Origin: an uncultured Ectothiorhodospiraceae bacterium
GTDB taxonomy: Bacteria; Pseudomonadota; Gammaproteobacteria; XJ16; Halofilaceae
Direction of reading: 5' to 3'
Length of the DNA: 60,734 bases
Assembly: GCA_964545695.1 (NCBI GenBank)
Contig: CAZJGZ010000001.1
Location: forward strand, 13,953-74,686
The notes under the pieces were generated by a model. It was not told the origin of the DNA, did not search any database, and saw nothing but the letters and a program-made list of their open reading frames with translations. A program made the position numbers and the translations under genes. Positions within the stretch are counted from its first letter, which is position 1. Every line of letters begins with the position of its first letter. This document shows, one piece after another, positions 23,245 through 33,541 of this stretch.

Positions 23245-23280
23245 AGAAACAAGCCGGGCCCGGCAAATGCCGGACCCGGT
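23245..23280 (-). terminator. Probable intrinsic terminator downstream of the BCCT gene
   Basis: Minus-strand GC-rich stem ACCGGGTCCGGCA-TT-TGCCGGGCCCGGC followed by TTGTTTCT. Confidence 0.6.
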
Positions 23281-23325
23281 ACGTGCACGCAGCGTCCCTG
23301 CCGCATTCGGGCACGGTCGAACGGG

Positions 23326-24882
23326 TTACTTCACGATACCCTGTTCACGCGCCATCTTGTAGGCCGTCATCGGGCCCGTCCACAGGGATGGCAGCAGAAC
23401 CAGCGACACCGGAATCGCGGTGATCACGATGAACTGCTGGAGCGCACCGATCTGGCCCTCGCCCATGAACAGCAGGATGGCCGCCATGACCGCCATGGTG
23501 ACGCCCCAGAAGGCACGCACGATGGTGTTCGGCTCGTCATGACCCGAGGCCACCATGGAGATGGTGTAGCTCATGGAGTCGCCGGTCGTGGCCACGAAGA
23601 TCGTGGTCAGGATCAGAATGGCGAAGGCCATGATGCCGCCCAGCGGCAGCGCCTGGGCCACCGTCAGCGTGGCAACGTCGAAGCGGAAGTTGTTCAGCGC
23701 CTCTTCCAGATCGATCACCTCGGTCATCTGATAGTAGATGCCCGAGCCGCCCAGCAGCGTGAACCAGATGGTAGTGGCGATGGGCGCCATCACGCCCACG
23801 GCCAGGATCATCTGGCGGAGCGTGCGACCGCGCGAAATGCGGGCCACGAACAGCGCCATCAGCGGACCGTAGCCGAGGAACCAGGCGAAGAAGAACACCG
23901 TCCACCACTGCATCCACCAGCCCGGAGCCGTTTCCGACGTCTGGGTAGCCATGTTCAGGAAGTTGGACGCATAGGTCCCCATGCCCTGCAGATAGCTGTT
24001 CACCAGGAAGAGCGTCGGGCCGAACACCAGGATCACGGCCCCGATGGCCAGGGCCAGGAAGACATTGAAGCGACTCAGGATCTGAATACCCTTGTGAATG
24101 CCCGTGATCGCGGAGGTGACATAGATCACGCCCAGGGCGATCAGGATCATCAGCTGGGTCCCGTAGCCACCTTCCATGCCAAACAGCTCTTCGAAGCCGA
24201 AGCTGACCTGCGTGGCGAGGAAGCCGATCGGCCCGACCGTGCCGGCGACCACCGCAATGACGCAGACCGAGTCGACAATGCCGCCGAACGCACCCTTCAT
24301 CACGCGCTCGCCGAACACCGGGTACAGCAGCGTGCGCGGCTGCAGCGGCTTGCCTTCGACATAGTGCGCGTGTGCCAGCACCGTGGCGGTCAGCGTGCCG
24401 AGGATCGCCCATGCCAGGAAGCCCCAGTGCATGAACGATTGCGCCAACGCCGGTGCCACCGCTTCCGCGGTCATCGGGTCGTGAGCATACGCCGGCGGGG
24501 TGACGATGTAGTGGTACACCGGCTCGCCCGCGGCGAAAAAGACGCCACCACCGGCCAACAGCGTACACATGATGATCGACAGCCACTTGAACGTGCTCAT
24601 TTCCGGCTTGTCGAGACCACCCACCTTGGCACTTGCAGCCGGAGAAATGGCCACGCCCATGCCGATGATGAAGGTCAAGAGCAGCAATAACTGGAAGAAC
24701 GAGCCGAGCGTGGCCGCCGTCCAGGTAAACCCTTCGAAGATTGCGCCTGACACCATGTCGACGTCATAGATCGACATCAGGATGAAGAGAACAACAAATC
24801 CGCCACTCAAGGCGAGGACCCAGGGGTCCCCCAGAGTGGCGTTCATCCCGACCCTGGGTGAGTAATTATCTTTTTCGCTCAT
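23326..24882 (-). CDS. BCCT-family (betaine/carnitine/choline) transporter
   Basis: About 12 TM helices, PEMSTFKW, GEP, HWGFLAW, WWTVFFFAWF...P...FVARISRGRTLR. Confidence 0.95.
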   Translation of the reverse strand: MSEKDNYSPRVGMNATLGDPWVLALSGGFVVLFILMSIYDVDMVSGAIFEGFTWTAATLGSFFQLLLLLTFIIGMGVAISPAASAKVGGLDKPEMSTFKWLSIIMCTLLAGGGVFFAAGEPVYHYIVTPPAYAHDPMTAEAVAPALAQSFMHWGFLAWAILGTLTATVLAHAHYVEGKPLQPRTLLYPVFGERVMKGAFGGIVDSVCVIAVVAGTVGPIGFLATQVSFGFEELFGMEGGYGTQLMILIALGVIYVTSAITGIHKGIQILSRFNVFLALAIGAVILVFGPTLFLVNSYLQGMGTYASNFLNMATQTSETAPGWWMQWWTVFFFAWFLGYGPLMALFVARISRGRTLRQMILAVGVMAPIATTIWFTLLGGSGIYYQMTEVIDLEEALNNFRFDVATLTVAQALPLGGIMAFAILILTTIFVATTGDSMSYTISMVASGHDEPNTIVRAFWGVTMAVMAAILLFMGEGQIGALQQFIVITAIPVSLVLLPSLWTGPMTAYKMAREQGIVK

Positions 24883-24929
24883 ACTTGAAAGCCCCCGTCT
24901 GGACTTGCCGTTAATGCCCCTGGCACTCG

Positions 24930-25919
24930 TTACCGAGCCGGCTGCAGGGCATGATCAAGGAAATGCAGCCAGTTGTTGCCCATGATGCGTTCGACATCCC
25001 CGTTGTCGAAACCACGTTCGCGCAGACCCGTGGCTATATTACCGAAATCCGCTGCCGACCCGAGCCAGCTCAAGGGTTTGGGCCAGTCCGCGTTGTTTGC
25101 CGAACCCTCGCCGTAGTCCTTGACCTTGGACCAGCGCCCGTTGCGCATCCACTCGAGAACCGACAATGGCTGTTTTTGACACAGGTCCGTACCAATCCCC
25201 ACATGCTCAATCCCCATCAGATCCACGGTGCGCGCGATCATCGAGGTGAATGCCTCGAGCGTGCAATCCGGCCCATCCTGGAGATGGAATGGATAGCAAC
25301 TGAAACCGAGCAACCCCCCGCTCTCGGCGAGGGCCTGCAGGACGCGATCCGACTTGTTGCGCCGCGCTTCGCGGAAAAACATCGGATTGGCATGGGAGAT
25401 GACAATCGGACGCGCGGACAGACGGATCGCCTCAAGTGTGCTGAACTCGGCACTGTGCGACATGTCGATGACCATGCCGACACGGTTCATCTCATCAATC
25501 ACCTGGCGGCCGAAGCGCGAGATGCCCGGATCCGTGTCCTCGTAGCAACCCGCGCAGATCAGTGACTGATTATTATAGGACAACTGCATGATATGGACAT
25601 TCAGGCGCTTGAGCAGCGCAACCATGTCGATATCATCCTCGATCGGCGAGCAATTCTGCAGACCGAAGAAGATGCCCGTACGGCCTTCCGATTTCGCGGC
25701 ACGGATGTCGTCGGCCGTTTCCACCGGGCGAATCAGATCGGCGTGGTCCTCGAAGCGACGGTTCCAGCGGCCCAGATTCGACAGCAATTCACGGGTATTC
25801 TCCCAGTACGTCGCGGTGGCATGGACGGCATCAAGGCCGCCCGCACGCATCTGCTCGAAGATCTCCCGGTCCCAGTTGGAATACTGCAGGCCATCGATGA
25901 CCACGGCTTCATTCGACAT
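24930..25919 (-). CDS. Membrane (renal) dipeptidase-family amidohydrolase (M19)
   Basis: IDGLQYSNW, QLSYN, DMSH, SHANP, RNKSD, HVGIGTD, MGNNW. Confidence 0.92.
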   Translation of the reverse strand: MSNEAVVIDGLQYSNWDREIFEQMRAGGLDAVHATATYWENTRELLSNLGRWNRRFEDHADLIRPVETADDIRAAKSEGRTGIFFGLQNCSPIEDDIDMVALLKRLNVHIMQLSYNNQSLICAGCYEDTDPGISRFGRQVIDEMNRVGMVIDMSHSAEFSTLEAIRLSARPIVISHANPMFFREARRNKSDRVLQALAESGGLLGFSCYPFHLQDGPDCTLEAFTSMIARTVDLMGIEHVGIGTDLCQKQPLSVLEWMRNGRWSKVKDYGEGSANNADWPKPLSWLGSAADFGNIATGLRERGFDNGDVERIMGNNWLHFLDHALQPAR

Positions 25920-25937
25920 GACGGGCTCCCCTGTGCC

Positions 25938-27383
25938 TTACATGGGCCGGATGTAGGTGGTCTTGACTTCCGTGTAGAACTCGCGTGCGTACTGCCCCTG
26001 CTCCCGCGGACCATAACTGGATTCGTTGCGACCGCCGAAGGGTACATGATAATCCGTTCCCGCCGTGGGCAGATTCACCATCACGCAGCCGAACTTGGCG
26101 TTGCGCTTGAAATGCGATGCCAGACCCAGCGAGCGGGTGACGATACCGGCGGTGAGGCCGAAACGGGTGTCGTTGACGGTCGCCAGCGCCTCGTCGTAAT
26201 CCTTGACCCGAATCACGCAGGCGATGGGGGCGAACATCTCCTCCTGATTCACCTCCATCCGGCTGGTGGTCTCGGTGACCAGCGTCGGCTGCAGGAACCA
26301 GCCCTCGGTATCGCATTTTACCGGTTCGCCGCCGAAGGCGATCTTCCCCCCCTCTGCCTTGGCCTTCTCGATCCAGGCCAGGTCTTCCTGGTACTGGTTC
26401 TCGTCGACAATCGGGCCGATCTCCGTACCTTCGGCCAGTGCGTGACCCACCTTTGCCTTGCCGAGACGCTCGACCAGGGCTTCCACGAACCGGTCGTGCA
26501 CGGCATCGGTCACGATCAGGCGCGATGAAGCGGTGCACTTCTGCCCGGAGCCCGAATACCCACCGGCAAAGGCGCACTGCACGGCGGTCTCGATATCGGC
26601 GTCGTCAGCCACGACGAGGGCATTCTTGCTGCCCATTTCCATCTGCAGCTTGGTGAAATTCTGCACAGCGACCTGGGCGATATGCCGCCCGGTCTCGACC
26701 GAGCCGGTGAAGGTGATGGCATCGACATCAGGCGACTCCACCAACTTCCCGCCGACCTTGCCACCGCTGCCCATGACCAGATTGAAGGTTCCGGCCGGCA
26801 GGTTATGGCGGCTGATGATTTCCGCCAACGCCCAGGCACTGTAGGGAACCAGGTTGGCAGGTTTCCAGATCACGGCGTTGCCGAAGGCGAGCGCCGGAGC
26901 GATCTTCCACACCGCCGTGGCGATCGGGAAGTTCCAGGGCGAGATGACGGCGACCACACCCATCGGCTCGCGCCGGGCCTCGATCTCGATGCCCGGGCGC
27001 ACCGAATCGGCGGCATCGTCGATCTGGCGATGGACCTCGGCGGCGTAGTACTGGAAGAACTGGCCGGCGCGATACACCTCGCCCTTGCCCTCGGCGAACG
27101 GCTTGCCCTCTTCGCGAGCAAGCTCGCGGCCGAGTTCTTCGGCACGGGCAATCAACTCGCTGCCGATCGACAAGAGCGCGTTGTAGCGCACCTCGAGCCC
27201 CTGCGCATACCATTCGGGCTGCGCCGAATGGGCCGCCTTGATGGCCTGACTCGCCTGGTCCGCACTCGCCTGCGCGAATTCGCCGATACAATCAGAAAGG
27301 TCCGAGGGATTCATGTTGCGGACCGTGGACTCGCCCGCGACCCATTCACCGCCGATCCAGTTCTTGTAAACCTGCTCTGCCAT
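25938..27383 (-). CDS. Aldehyde dehydrogenase (semialdehyde dehydrogenase-like)
   Basis: PWNFP, FTGS, EMGSKN, GQKCTA (catalytic Cys), EEMFAP, PFGG; GGAGGT RBS before ATG 27383. Confidence 0.95.
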   Translation of the reverse strand: MAEQVYKNWIGGEWVAGESTVRNMNPSDLSDCIGEFAQASADQASQAIKAAHSAQPEWYAQGLEVRYNALLSIGSELIARAEELGRELAREEGKPFAEGKGEVYRAGQFFQYYAAEVHRQIDDAADSVRPGIEIEARREPMGVVAVISPWNFPIATAVWKIAPALAFGNAVIWKPANLVPYSAWALAEIISRHNLPAGTFNLVMGSGGKVGGKLVESPDVDAITFTGSVETGRHIAQVAVQNFTKLQMEMGSKNALVVADDADIETAVQCAFAGGYSGSGQKCTASSRLIVTDAVHDRFVEALVERLGKAKVGHALAEGTEIGPIVDENQYQEDLAWIEKAKAEGGKIAFGGEPVKCDTEGWFLQPTLVTETTSRMEVNQEEMFAPIACVIRVKDYDEALATVNDTRFGLTAGIVTRSLGLASHFKRNAKFGCVMVNLPTAGTDYHVPFGGRNESSYGPREQGQYAREFYTEVKTTYIRPM

Positions 27384-27523
27384 GACACCTCCATTTTCGG
27401 TTGTGCAACATCGTAGGACCATTACAATATCGAGCGCAATTGATTAACGAAATAAATAGTTAAAAGTTTCTTATCGGCCGAATCGGTTCACCGAATCGGG
27501 TGGTCGAGCAAGGGGGCGGTGGA
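27384..27523. promoter_or_regulatory. Divergent AT-rich LysR control region
   Basis: AT-rich tract (ATTGATTAACGAAATAAATAGTTAAAAGTTTCTTAT) between the divergent ALDH and LysR genes; CCGAATCGG repeated at 27478 and 27491. Confidence 0.6.
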
Positions 27524-28432
27524 ATGATTCCCGATGTCAAACTGCAACAACTGCGCTACTTCGTCCTGGTAGCCGATCTGAAGAGCTATCACGCCGCCGC
27601 CGAGCGCGCGTCGCGCACCCAGCCGGCCATCTCGCTCGCCATCCGGGAACTCGAGCACAAGCTCGGCGAAGCACTCTTCGAGAAGGGCAACAAGGCCGAA
27701 CTGACGCCTTTCGGGCGGCAATGCTACCAGCCGGCGAAGGCCCTTCTGGAGCATTATTCGCGCGTCGTCGACCAGATGGCCATGGCCGCGGAGCGGCGCA
27801 CGGGCGAAGTCGCCGTTGCCTGCGTCCCGTCTTTCGCCAGTCACATGCTGCCGCCCATCCTGCAGCGCTTCGCCGCCGAGCACCCGGACATCCGCATCAG
27901 CATCGAGGACGATACGGCCGATCACGTGCACCAGCGCGTCCTGCACCGCCATGTCGACTTCGGCGTCGCCAGCCTGTGGAACATCGACCCGAACCTGTCC
28001 TTCGAGTCGCTGCTGAAGGACCCGATGGGCCTGGTCTGCCGCCGCGACCACCGCCTGGCCGGCCTCGACACCCCCCTCGACTGGGAAGACCTGGCCGACG
28101 AAACCCTGATTACCAACGGCACCGTGCGGCTGCTCGACGGAACGCCGGCGCGCGAGGTAATGGCGCGGGCCCATCTGTCGGTATCGAACATGATTTCGTT
28201 GCGTGCGTTGTTGCGCGCGGGCATCGGCGTGACCGCACTGCCAAGCCTGGCGGTGAACGCCAACGATCCGGACCTGTGTTTCATTCCGCTCGAACAGCCC
28301 CGCATCGAGCGCGAAATCGGCCTGCTGGCACCACGTCGCTACAGCCTCTCACCGGCCGCGCAGGCGTTGTACGACGCCACCCTCGAATACGCCCGCAATG
28401 GCGACGCCACAGCAGCATCGACGGGGCATTGA
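27524..28432 (+). CDS. LysR-family transcriptional regulator
   Basis: LRYFVLVA...SYHAAAERASRTQPAISLAIRELE HTH, LTPFG, C-terminal substrate-binding domain. Confidence 0.97.
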   Translation: MIPDVKLQQLRYFVLVADLKSYHAAAERASRTQPAISLAIRELEHKLGEALFEKGNKAELTPFGRQCYQPAKALLEHYSRVVDQMAMAAERRTGEVAVACVPSFASHMLPPILQRFAAEHPDIRISIEDDTADHVHQRVLHRHVDFGVASLWNIDPNLSFESLLKDPMGLVCRRDHRLAGLDTPLDWEDLADETLITNGTVRLLDGTPAREVMARAHLSVSNMISLRALLRAGIGVTALPSLAVNANDPDLCFIPLEQPRIEREIGLLAPRRYSLSPAAQALYDATLEYARNGDATAASTGH

Positions 28433-28475
28433 CGACGTCACGGTGCTGGCTTACGTTCAGGGCATGGTACAGACG

Positions 28476-29039
28476 ATGTCACAGACGGATGCCGTGCTGA
28501 TCGTCGACGTGCAGAACGATTTCTGCCCCGGCGGTGCCCTCGCGATCGAGGAAGGCGACCGCGTGATCCCGGTGCTGAACGAGTGGCTGCGCCGTGCGGC
28601 CAGTACCGGGGCCTACATCGTGGCCTCGCGCGACTGGCATCCGGCAGATCACTGCAGCTTTACCGACCAGGGCGGCACCTGGCCCCCGCACTGCATTCGC
28701 GAAACCCCGGGCGCAGCCTTCCACCCCGCGCTCGCTCTGCCGAACGACGCCTGGATCATCAGCAAGGGCGCCGCCCAGGAGCGCGACAACTATTCCGCGT
28801 TCGATGGCACGGCCCTGGCGGATCAGCTGCGCGAGGCCGGTGTCGAACGGTTGTGGGTCGGCGGTCTGGCGCAGGACGTCTGCGTGAAGTGGACGGTCCT
28901 CGATGCCTGCCGCGAGGGCTTTGACACCCACGTCATCGCCGATGCCACTCGGCCGGTCAATCTCGAGCCGAACGACGGCGACAAGGCCATCGAAGCCATG
29001 CGCGCCGCTGGCGCCCGGATCGAAGCCGACACCGCGTGA
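28476..29039 (+). CDS. pncA: Nicotinamidase
   Basis: VDVQNDFCPGGAL, DWHP..H, WP.HC, KG, YSAF, GLAQDVCV; alternative start at 28464. Confidence 0.93.
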   Translation: MSQTDAVLIVDVQNDFCPGGALAIEEGDRVIPVLNEWLRRAASTGAYIVASRDWHPADHCSFTDQGGTWPPHCIRETPGAAFHPALALPNDAWIISKGAAQERDNYSAFDGTALADQLREAGVERLWVGGLAQDVCVKWTVLDACREGFDTHVIADATRPVNLEPNDGDKAIEAMRAAGARIEADTA

Positions 29040-29079
29040 CCAGCCACGGGCGATTCCCCGCACCACAACGGCCGCAACC

Positions 29080-30426
29080 ATGAGCGTATACCAAGGCGCC
29101 GGAACCCCGGCCCTGTTCACCGATCTGTACGAACTGAACATGGCGCAGGCGCTGGTGGCGGACGGCATGACCGGGGAAGCCGAGTTCGAGCTGTTCTTCC
29201 GCGATGCCGGAGGCCTCCGCGGGTATACCCTGTTGACCGGCATCGAGGCGGTCCTGACTCATCTCGAGCACCTGCACTTCACCGCGGCCGAGATCGCCTA
29301 CCTGGAAACGCTCGGGCGATTCGATGCGTCGTTTCTGGAATGGCTGCAGCATGTGTGCTTCCGCGGCGACGTCGATGCCATGGCCGAGGGCAGCATTGCC
29401 TTTCCAAAAGAACCCGTGCTGCGCCTGCGCGCACCGCTGCCCCTGGCGCAGATCGTCGAGACGCAGGTCATCAACGCGGTCAACCACGCAAGCCTGGTCG
29501 CGACCAAGGCGGCCCGCATTGTCGACGCGGCGGCAGGCGCGAATGTCGTCGATTTCGGTGCCCGCCGAGCGCACGGAGCGGGCGCGGCCTTCACGGCGGC
29601 ACGCGCGTCATGGATCGGGGGCTGCGCCGGCACCTCCAACATGGTCGCCGGCCAGCATCTCGATCTGCCGGTGGTCGGCACCATGGCGCACAGTTACGTT
29701 CAGTCCTTTGCCCGCGAGCTGGATGCCTTCCGCGCCTTCACGCGTCACCATCCCGACACCGTACTGCTGGTCGATACCTACGACACGCTGCGGGGCGTGG
29801 AGCGCGTCATCGAGCTGGCGGCGGAACAGGGCGAGGATTTCCGCGTGCGCGGCATCCGCATCGATTCGGGCGACCTCGGGGCACTCGCACAAGCCTGCCG
29901 GCAAAAGCTTGACGCCGCCGGTCTGCACACAGTCGGAATCATTGTCTCGGGTGCCCTGAACGAGTACCGCATCCGCGACCTGGTCGCCGACGGCGCGCCG
30001 GTCGATGGCTTCGGTGTGGGCACCGACCTGGTTGTATCGCGCGATCTGCCCAGCCTCGACCTGGCCTACAAGCTGGTCCAGTACGACGGCCGCGGGACCC
30101 TCAAGGCCTCGCCCGACAAGGCAACGCTGCCCGGCCCGAAACAGGTCTTCCGCGATTACGCCGAGGGCATCATGTGCGGTGACACGATTGCTCGTGTGGA
30201 CGAGAATCCGGGAGGTGAAGCACTGCTGCAGCCGGCGATGCGCGCCGGCAAGCGCTGCACCCACCCGGTCGATGCCCATGCCGCACGCGAGCATGCACAC
30301 CACCAGCGCGAACGCCTGCCCGGCGGTTTGCGCACCCCCGATGCCGCGTCTGCGCCCTACCCCGTACGGGTCAGCGCACGATTGCAGGCAGATGCCGACG
30401 CCGCGCATGCCGCAGCCGAAAACTGA
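29080..30426 (+). CDS. pncB: Nicotinate phosphoribosyltransferase
   Basis: TDLYELNM, DFGARRAH, GTSN, GTMAHS, LVDTYD, RIDSGD, FGVGT, YKLV. Confidence 0.95.
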   Translation: MSVYQGAGTPALFTDLYELNMAQALVADGMTGEAEFELFFRDAGGLRGYTLLTGIEAVLTHLEHLHFTAAEIAYLETLGRFDASFLEWLQHVCFRGDVDAMAEGSIAFPKEPVLRLRAPLPLAQIVETQVINAVNHASLVATKAARIVDAAAGANVVDFGARRAHGAGAAFTAARASWIGGCAGTSNMVAGQHLDLPVVGTMAHSYVQSFARELDAFRAFTRHHPDTVLLVDTYDTLRGVERVIELAAEQGEDFRVRGIRIDSGDLGALAQACRQKLDAAGLHTVGIIVSGALNEYRIRDLVADGAPVDGFGVGTDLVVSRDLPSLDLAYKLVQYDGRGTLKASPDKATLPGPKQVFRDYAEGIMCGDTIARVDENPGGEALLQPAMRAGKRCTHPVDAHAAREHAHHQRERLPGGLRTPDAASAPYPVRVSARLQADADAAHAAAEN

Positions 30427-30452
30427 TCAACCACCGGGTTTGGCAACGACAA

Positions 30453-30959
30453 TCAGCCGCCGTGACCGCGTGGCCGGACCAACAGCCACAGCGGCATCAG
30501 GAGCAACACCACGAACAGCACCAGCGTCCACTGCGCCAGCGTCACGCCCAGAAAATGGGCGTCCACTTCGGCGCAGGACCCGGAGCCCTGAAAGATCATG
30601 GACAGCGCTTCGAAGAAAGGAAATACATCGAACATGTAGTCGAGGCTCGGCCCGCAGGCCGGTACATCCTCGGGCGGGAGCTGCTGCAGCCATACGTGGC
30701 GCACACCGATCGCGACGCCCCCAAGCAGTACAAGACTCGTCACACCGGCATGCAGACGCCGCACCCACATCCGGGCCGGGTTGAACAGCGCGCCGATGCC
30801 GAACAGTACAGCGGCCACGCCGATCACGTAGCGATCGAAAATGCATAACGGGCACGGTTCCAGCCCCAGTGCAAGTTCGAGAAACAGCCACGCAAACAGC
30901 AGTGAAAACAGACACAACCCGGCGCCCACGGCATTCAGGCCGCGAAACGACAGCGTCAT
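30453..30959 (-). CDS. dsbB: Disulfide bond formation protein DsbB
   Basis: Four TM helices, EPCPLCIFDR and second Cys pair (PACGP...GSCAE). Confidence 0.93.
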   Translation of the reverse strand: MTLSFRGLNAVGAGLCLFSLLFAWLFLELALGLEPCPLCIFDRYVIGVAAVLFGIGALFNPARMWVRRLHAGVTSLVLLGGVAIGVRHVWLQQLPPEDVPACGPSLDYMFDVFPFFEALSMIFQGSGSCAEVDAHFLGVTLAQWTLVLFVVLLLMPLWLLVRPRGHGG

Positions 30960-31486
30960 TCGCGATGCCATTGAGAAAACATGCGCATCTGGCTGGCGGT
31001 GTTGGTCAGCGCGGCAATGAAGGCCTCGGCCCGATCCTCCGGCACCCAGGCCGAGAACCGGACAATGTAGTGCGGTCGTCCCTTGTCGACGCCGCGTTCG
31101 GCGTTCATGCGCACGATATTGGCGCCATAATCCACGAACACCTCGGACAGGCGGGCCACGAGACCGGGTTGATCGGCCCCGTGCATGACGATTCTGTGGG
31201 TGATCTGCGCGGAGGGCCCGTGGATTGCCTCGACGGGAAACTCCTCCACGGTAATGTCGGCACCGGCAAGTTCGGGGAGTTCAGCCAAGCGCTCGCGGAT
31301 TTCATCCATGCCGACCGGCACCGGCTCCTCGACCACCACGGAGAACTCCGCGCCGGTACCCAGTACGGCGAACGTGGTATCGCCCAGATTCAGACCGAGG
31401 TCGTACAACGTGCCGGAGAGAACCGACACGAGCCCGGGCTCGTCGTGGGCGAAGATCTGGATCAGCAGACTCTTGGTTGTGCTCAT
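30956..31486 (-). CDS. Tandem ACT-domain protein (GcvR-like)
   Basis: Two ACT repeats (HDEPGLVSVLS..L...GLNL; ADQPGLVARLS..F...GANI). Confidence 0.8.
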   Translation of the reverse strand: MSTTKSLLIQIFAHDEPGLVSVLSGTLYDLGLNLGDTTFAVLGTGAEFSVVVEEPVPVGMDEIRERLAELPELAGADITVEEFPVEAIHGPSAQITHRIVMHGADQPGLVARLSEVFVDYGANIVRMNAERGVDKGRPHYIVRFSAWVPEDRAEAFIAALTNTASQMRMFSQWHRE

Positions 31487-31608
31487 GGCGCGCTCCCGAG
31501 TATGGCGTCGATGGTACGATCCGGTGCGAGGGGTGTCGATGCCCGGTGTGCTTTCACAAACGTTCACCGGCTTTTCGCCGGCCCGCATGCCCACTGCCGG
31601 CGTTGGGC

Positions 31609-32679
31609 TCAGGTGGTTCCGATGTGCCGCGCAAGCCGTGCGGCGCTCGGCGTCTCGACAACGCCCCGCTCGGTAATCAGCGCATCGACCAGCTCCGCGG
31701 GCGTGATATCGAACACCGGATTCCACGCGTGTGCCGTGGCCGGTGCACGCCGCTCTCCGGCCCAGTCGAGGATCTCCTCGCCCGGGCGTTCCTCGATCGG
31801 AATCGCACTACCGTCGGGGGTATCGAGATCGATCGTCGACGTCGGCGCGGCCACACAAAACGGCACGCCATGATAGCGGGCGAGTACGGCCAGTCCGTGC
31901 GTGCCGATCTTGTTGGCAACGTCACCATTGGCGGCAACACGATCCGCGCCGACGATCACGGCCTGGATCGATTCGCGTTGCAGCAACAAGCCGGCCGCGC
32001 CATCGACAAGCACCCGCGCGGGAATGCCGTCACGGGCCAGTTCCCAGGCCGTCAGCCGGGCCCCCTGCAGCCACGGCCGCGTTTCCCCGGCCCAGACCTC
32101 CTGCAGGCGCCCGGCCGCCCAGGCCGTACGAATCACACCCAGTGCCGTGCCGTGGCCACCGGTGGCCAGTGATCCGGTATTGCAGTGCGTCAGCACCCCA
32201 CCGCTGCCGCGCAGCCAGGCAGAACCGTATGCGCCAATACGCTGATTGATGGCGACATCCTCGGCATGGATGTTCTCGGCCTCGGCGATCAGTCGCTGGG
32301 CATCGGCACCGCCCTCGGCCAGCGCCCGCATGCGCCGCAGCGCCCACGCCAGATTGACCGCGGTCGGACGGGCGGCCGCGAGTTCCGTGGCGGCGCCGGC
32401 AAGATCGTCCCCGCGCATGGCGGCGAGCGCAAAACCATAAGCAGCGGCAATCCCGATTGCCGGCGCCCCCCGCACCACCATGGCGCGAATCGCCGTCGCC
32501 ACCTCGGTGGCACTGGCACAGCGCAACCAGGTCTCGGCGGCGGGCAGGCGCCGCTGATCGAGCAGCAGCAAATGATCCGGTTGCCATACCAGAGCGCGCA
32601 AATCGCTCGGCGCTACTGCATCGTCATCAGCCATCATGTCGTCGCTCCCGAGCGGCACACCGCGTGGCGCGGTGCTCAC
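31609..32679 (-). CDS. mtnA: S-methyl-5-thioribose-1-phosphate isomerase
   Basis: [64 protein letters not shown]; start uncertain. Confidence 0.95.
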   Translation of the reverse strand: MSTAPRGVPLGSDDMMADDDAVAPSDLRALVWQPDHLLLLDQRRLPAAETWLRCASATEVATAIRAMVVRGAPAIGIAAAYGFALAAMRGDDLAGAATELAAARPTAVNLAWALRRMRALAEGGADAQRLIAEAENIHAEDVAINQRIGAYGSAWLRGSGGVLTHCNTGSLATGGHGTALGVIRTAWAAGRLQEVWAGETRPWLQGARLTAWELARDGIPARVLVDGAAGLLLQRESIQAVIVGADRVAANGDVANKIGTHGLAVLARYHGVPFCVAAPTSTIDLDTPDGSAIPIEERPGEEILDWAGERRAPATAHAWNPVFDITPAELVDALITERGVVETPSAARLARHIGTT

Positions 32680-33518
32680 GAATCGCTGTTACCATGCTGC
32701 CGGGAAGAATCCGCGCCGGCCGCGCGCCGCTGGCGCAGCGCCTCGAACAGGCAGATCCCCGCGGCCACCGACACGTTCAGACTCTCCGCCGCCCCCGCAA
32801 GCGGAATCGTCGCTACCCGATCGCAGACCTGCTGGGTGCGCTGACGCATACCCTCGCCCTCGTTGCCGCACACCAGCACGATCGGCCCGGTCAGATCGAC
32901 CTCGTACAGGGTGGAATCCGCCGTTCCGGTCGTGCCCGTGACCCAAAGACCGCACTCCTGCAGGCGCCCGAGCGTGCGCGCAAGATTCGTCACCGCGGCC
33001 AATGGCAGACGCCCGGCGGCGCCCGCCGCCGCCCGTTCGACAGCGGGCGTCAGGCGTGCCGCACGGTCACGTGGAATGACCACGGCATGGGCGCCGGCCG
33101 CCTCCGCGCTGCGCAGGCAGGCGCCGAGATTGTGCGGATCCTGCACGCCATCGAGGGCCAGCAGGAAGGCCGGCTGATCAAGCCCGTTCACGAGCTCGAT
33201 CAGCGCCCGCTCGTCGAGAATGTCCGGACCGTGGATCTCGGCGGCAAGCCCCTGGTGACGGCTGTCACCGAGCCAGGTCGTGATGCGTTGCGCATCCGCC
33301 TGCCGCACCGGAATGTCCGCACGGCGCGCCTGGGCCAGCGTACGTCGCATGCGTGCATCGCGGCGACGCGGGTCGGCCAGGATGCACACAACCCGGGCCG
33401 CGCCACCGGCAATGGCGGTCTCCACCGCATGGATACCGCCTATGCGGCGCGTGGTCGCTGTAGCATCCGTGGCGGTAGCGTCGCCTGCGGGTGGTTTGTT
33501 GCGCTCATGCGTTGACAC
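32676..33518 (-). CDS. rlmB: 23S rRNA Gm2251 methyltransferase RlmB
   Basis: [39 protein letters not shown]; downstream of rnr. Confidence 0.95.
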   Translation of the reverse strand: MSTHERNKPPAGDATATDATATTRRIGGIHAVETAIAGGAARVVCILADPRRRDARMRRTLAQARRADIPVRQADAQRITTWLGDSRHQGLAAEIHGPDILDERALIELVNGLDQPAFLLALDGVQDPHNLGACLRSAEAAGAHAVVIPRDRAARLTPAVERAAAGAAGRLPLAAVTNLARTLGRLQECGLWVTGTTGTADSTLYEVDLTGPIVLVCGNEGEGMRQRTQQVCDRVATIPLAGAAESLNVSVAAGICLFEALRQRRAAGADSSRQHGNSDS

Positions 33519-33541
33519 GGGTGCGTGATCCTCGACCGCGA

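Noticed and set aside
23164-24690. 508-aa ORF antisense to BCCT
   Set aside because: Antisense shadow of a well-supported gene.
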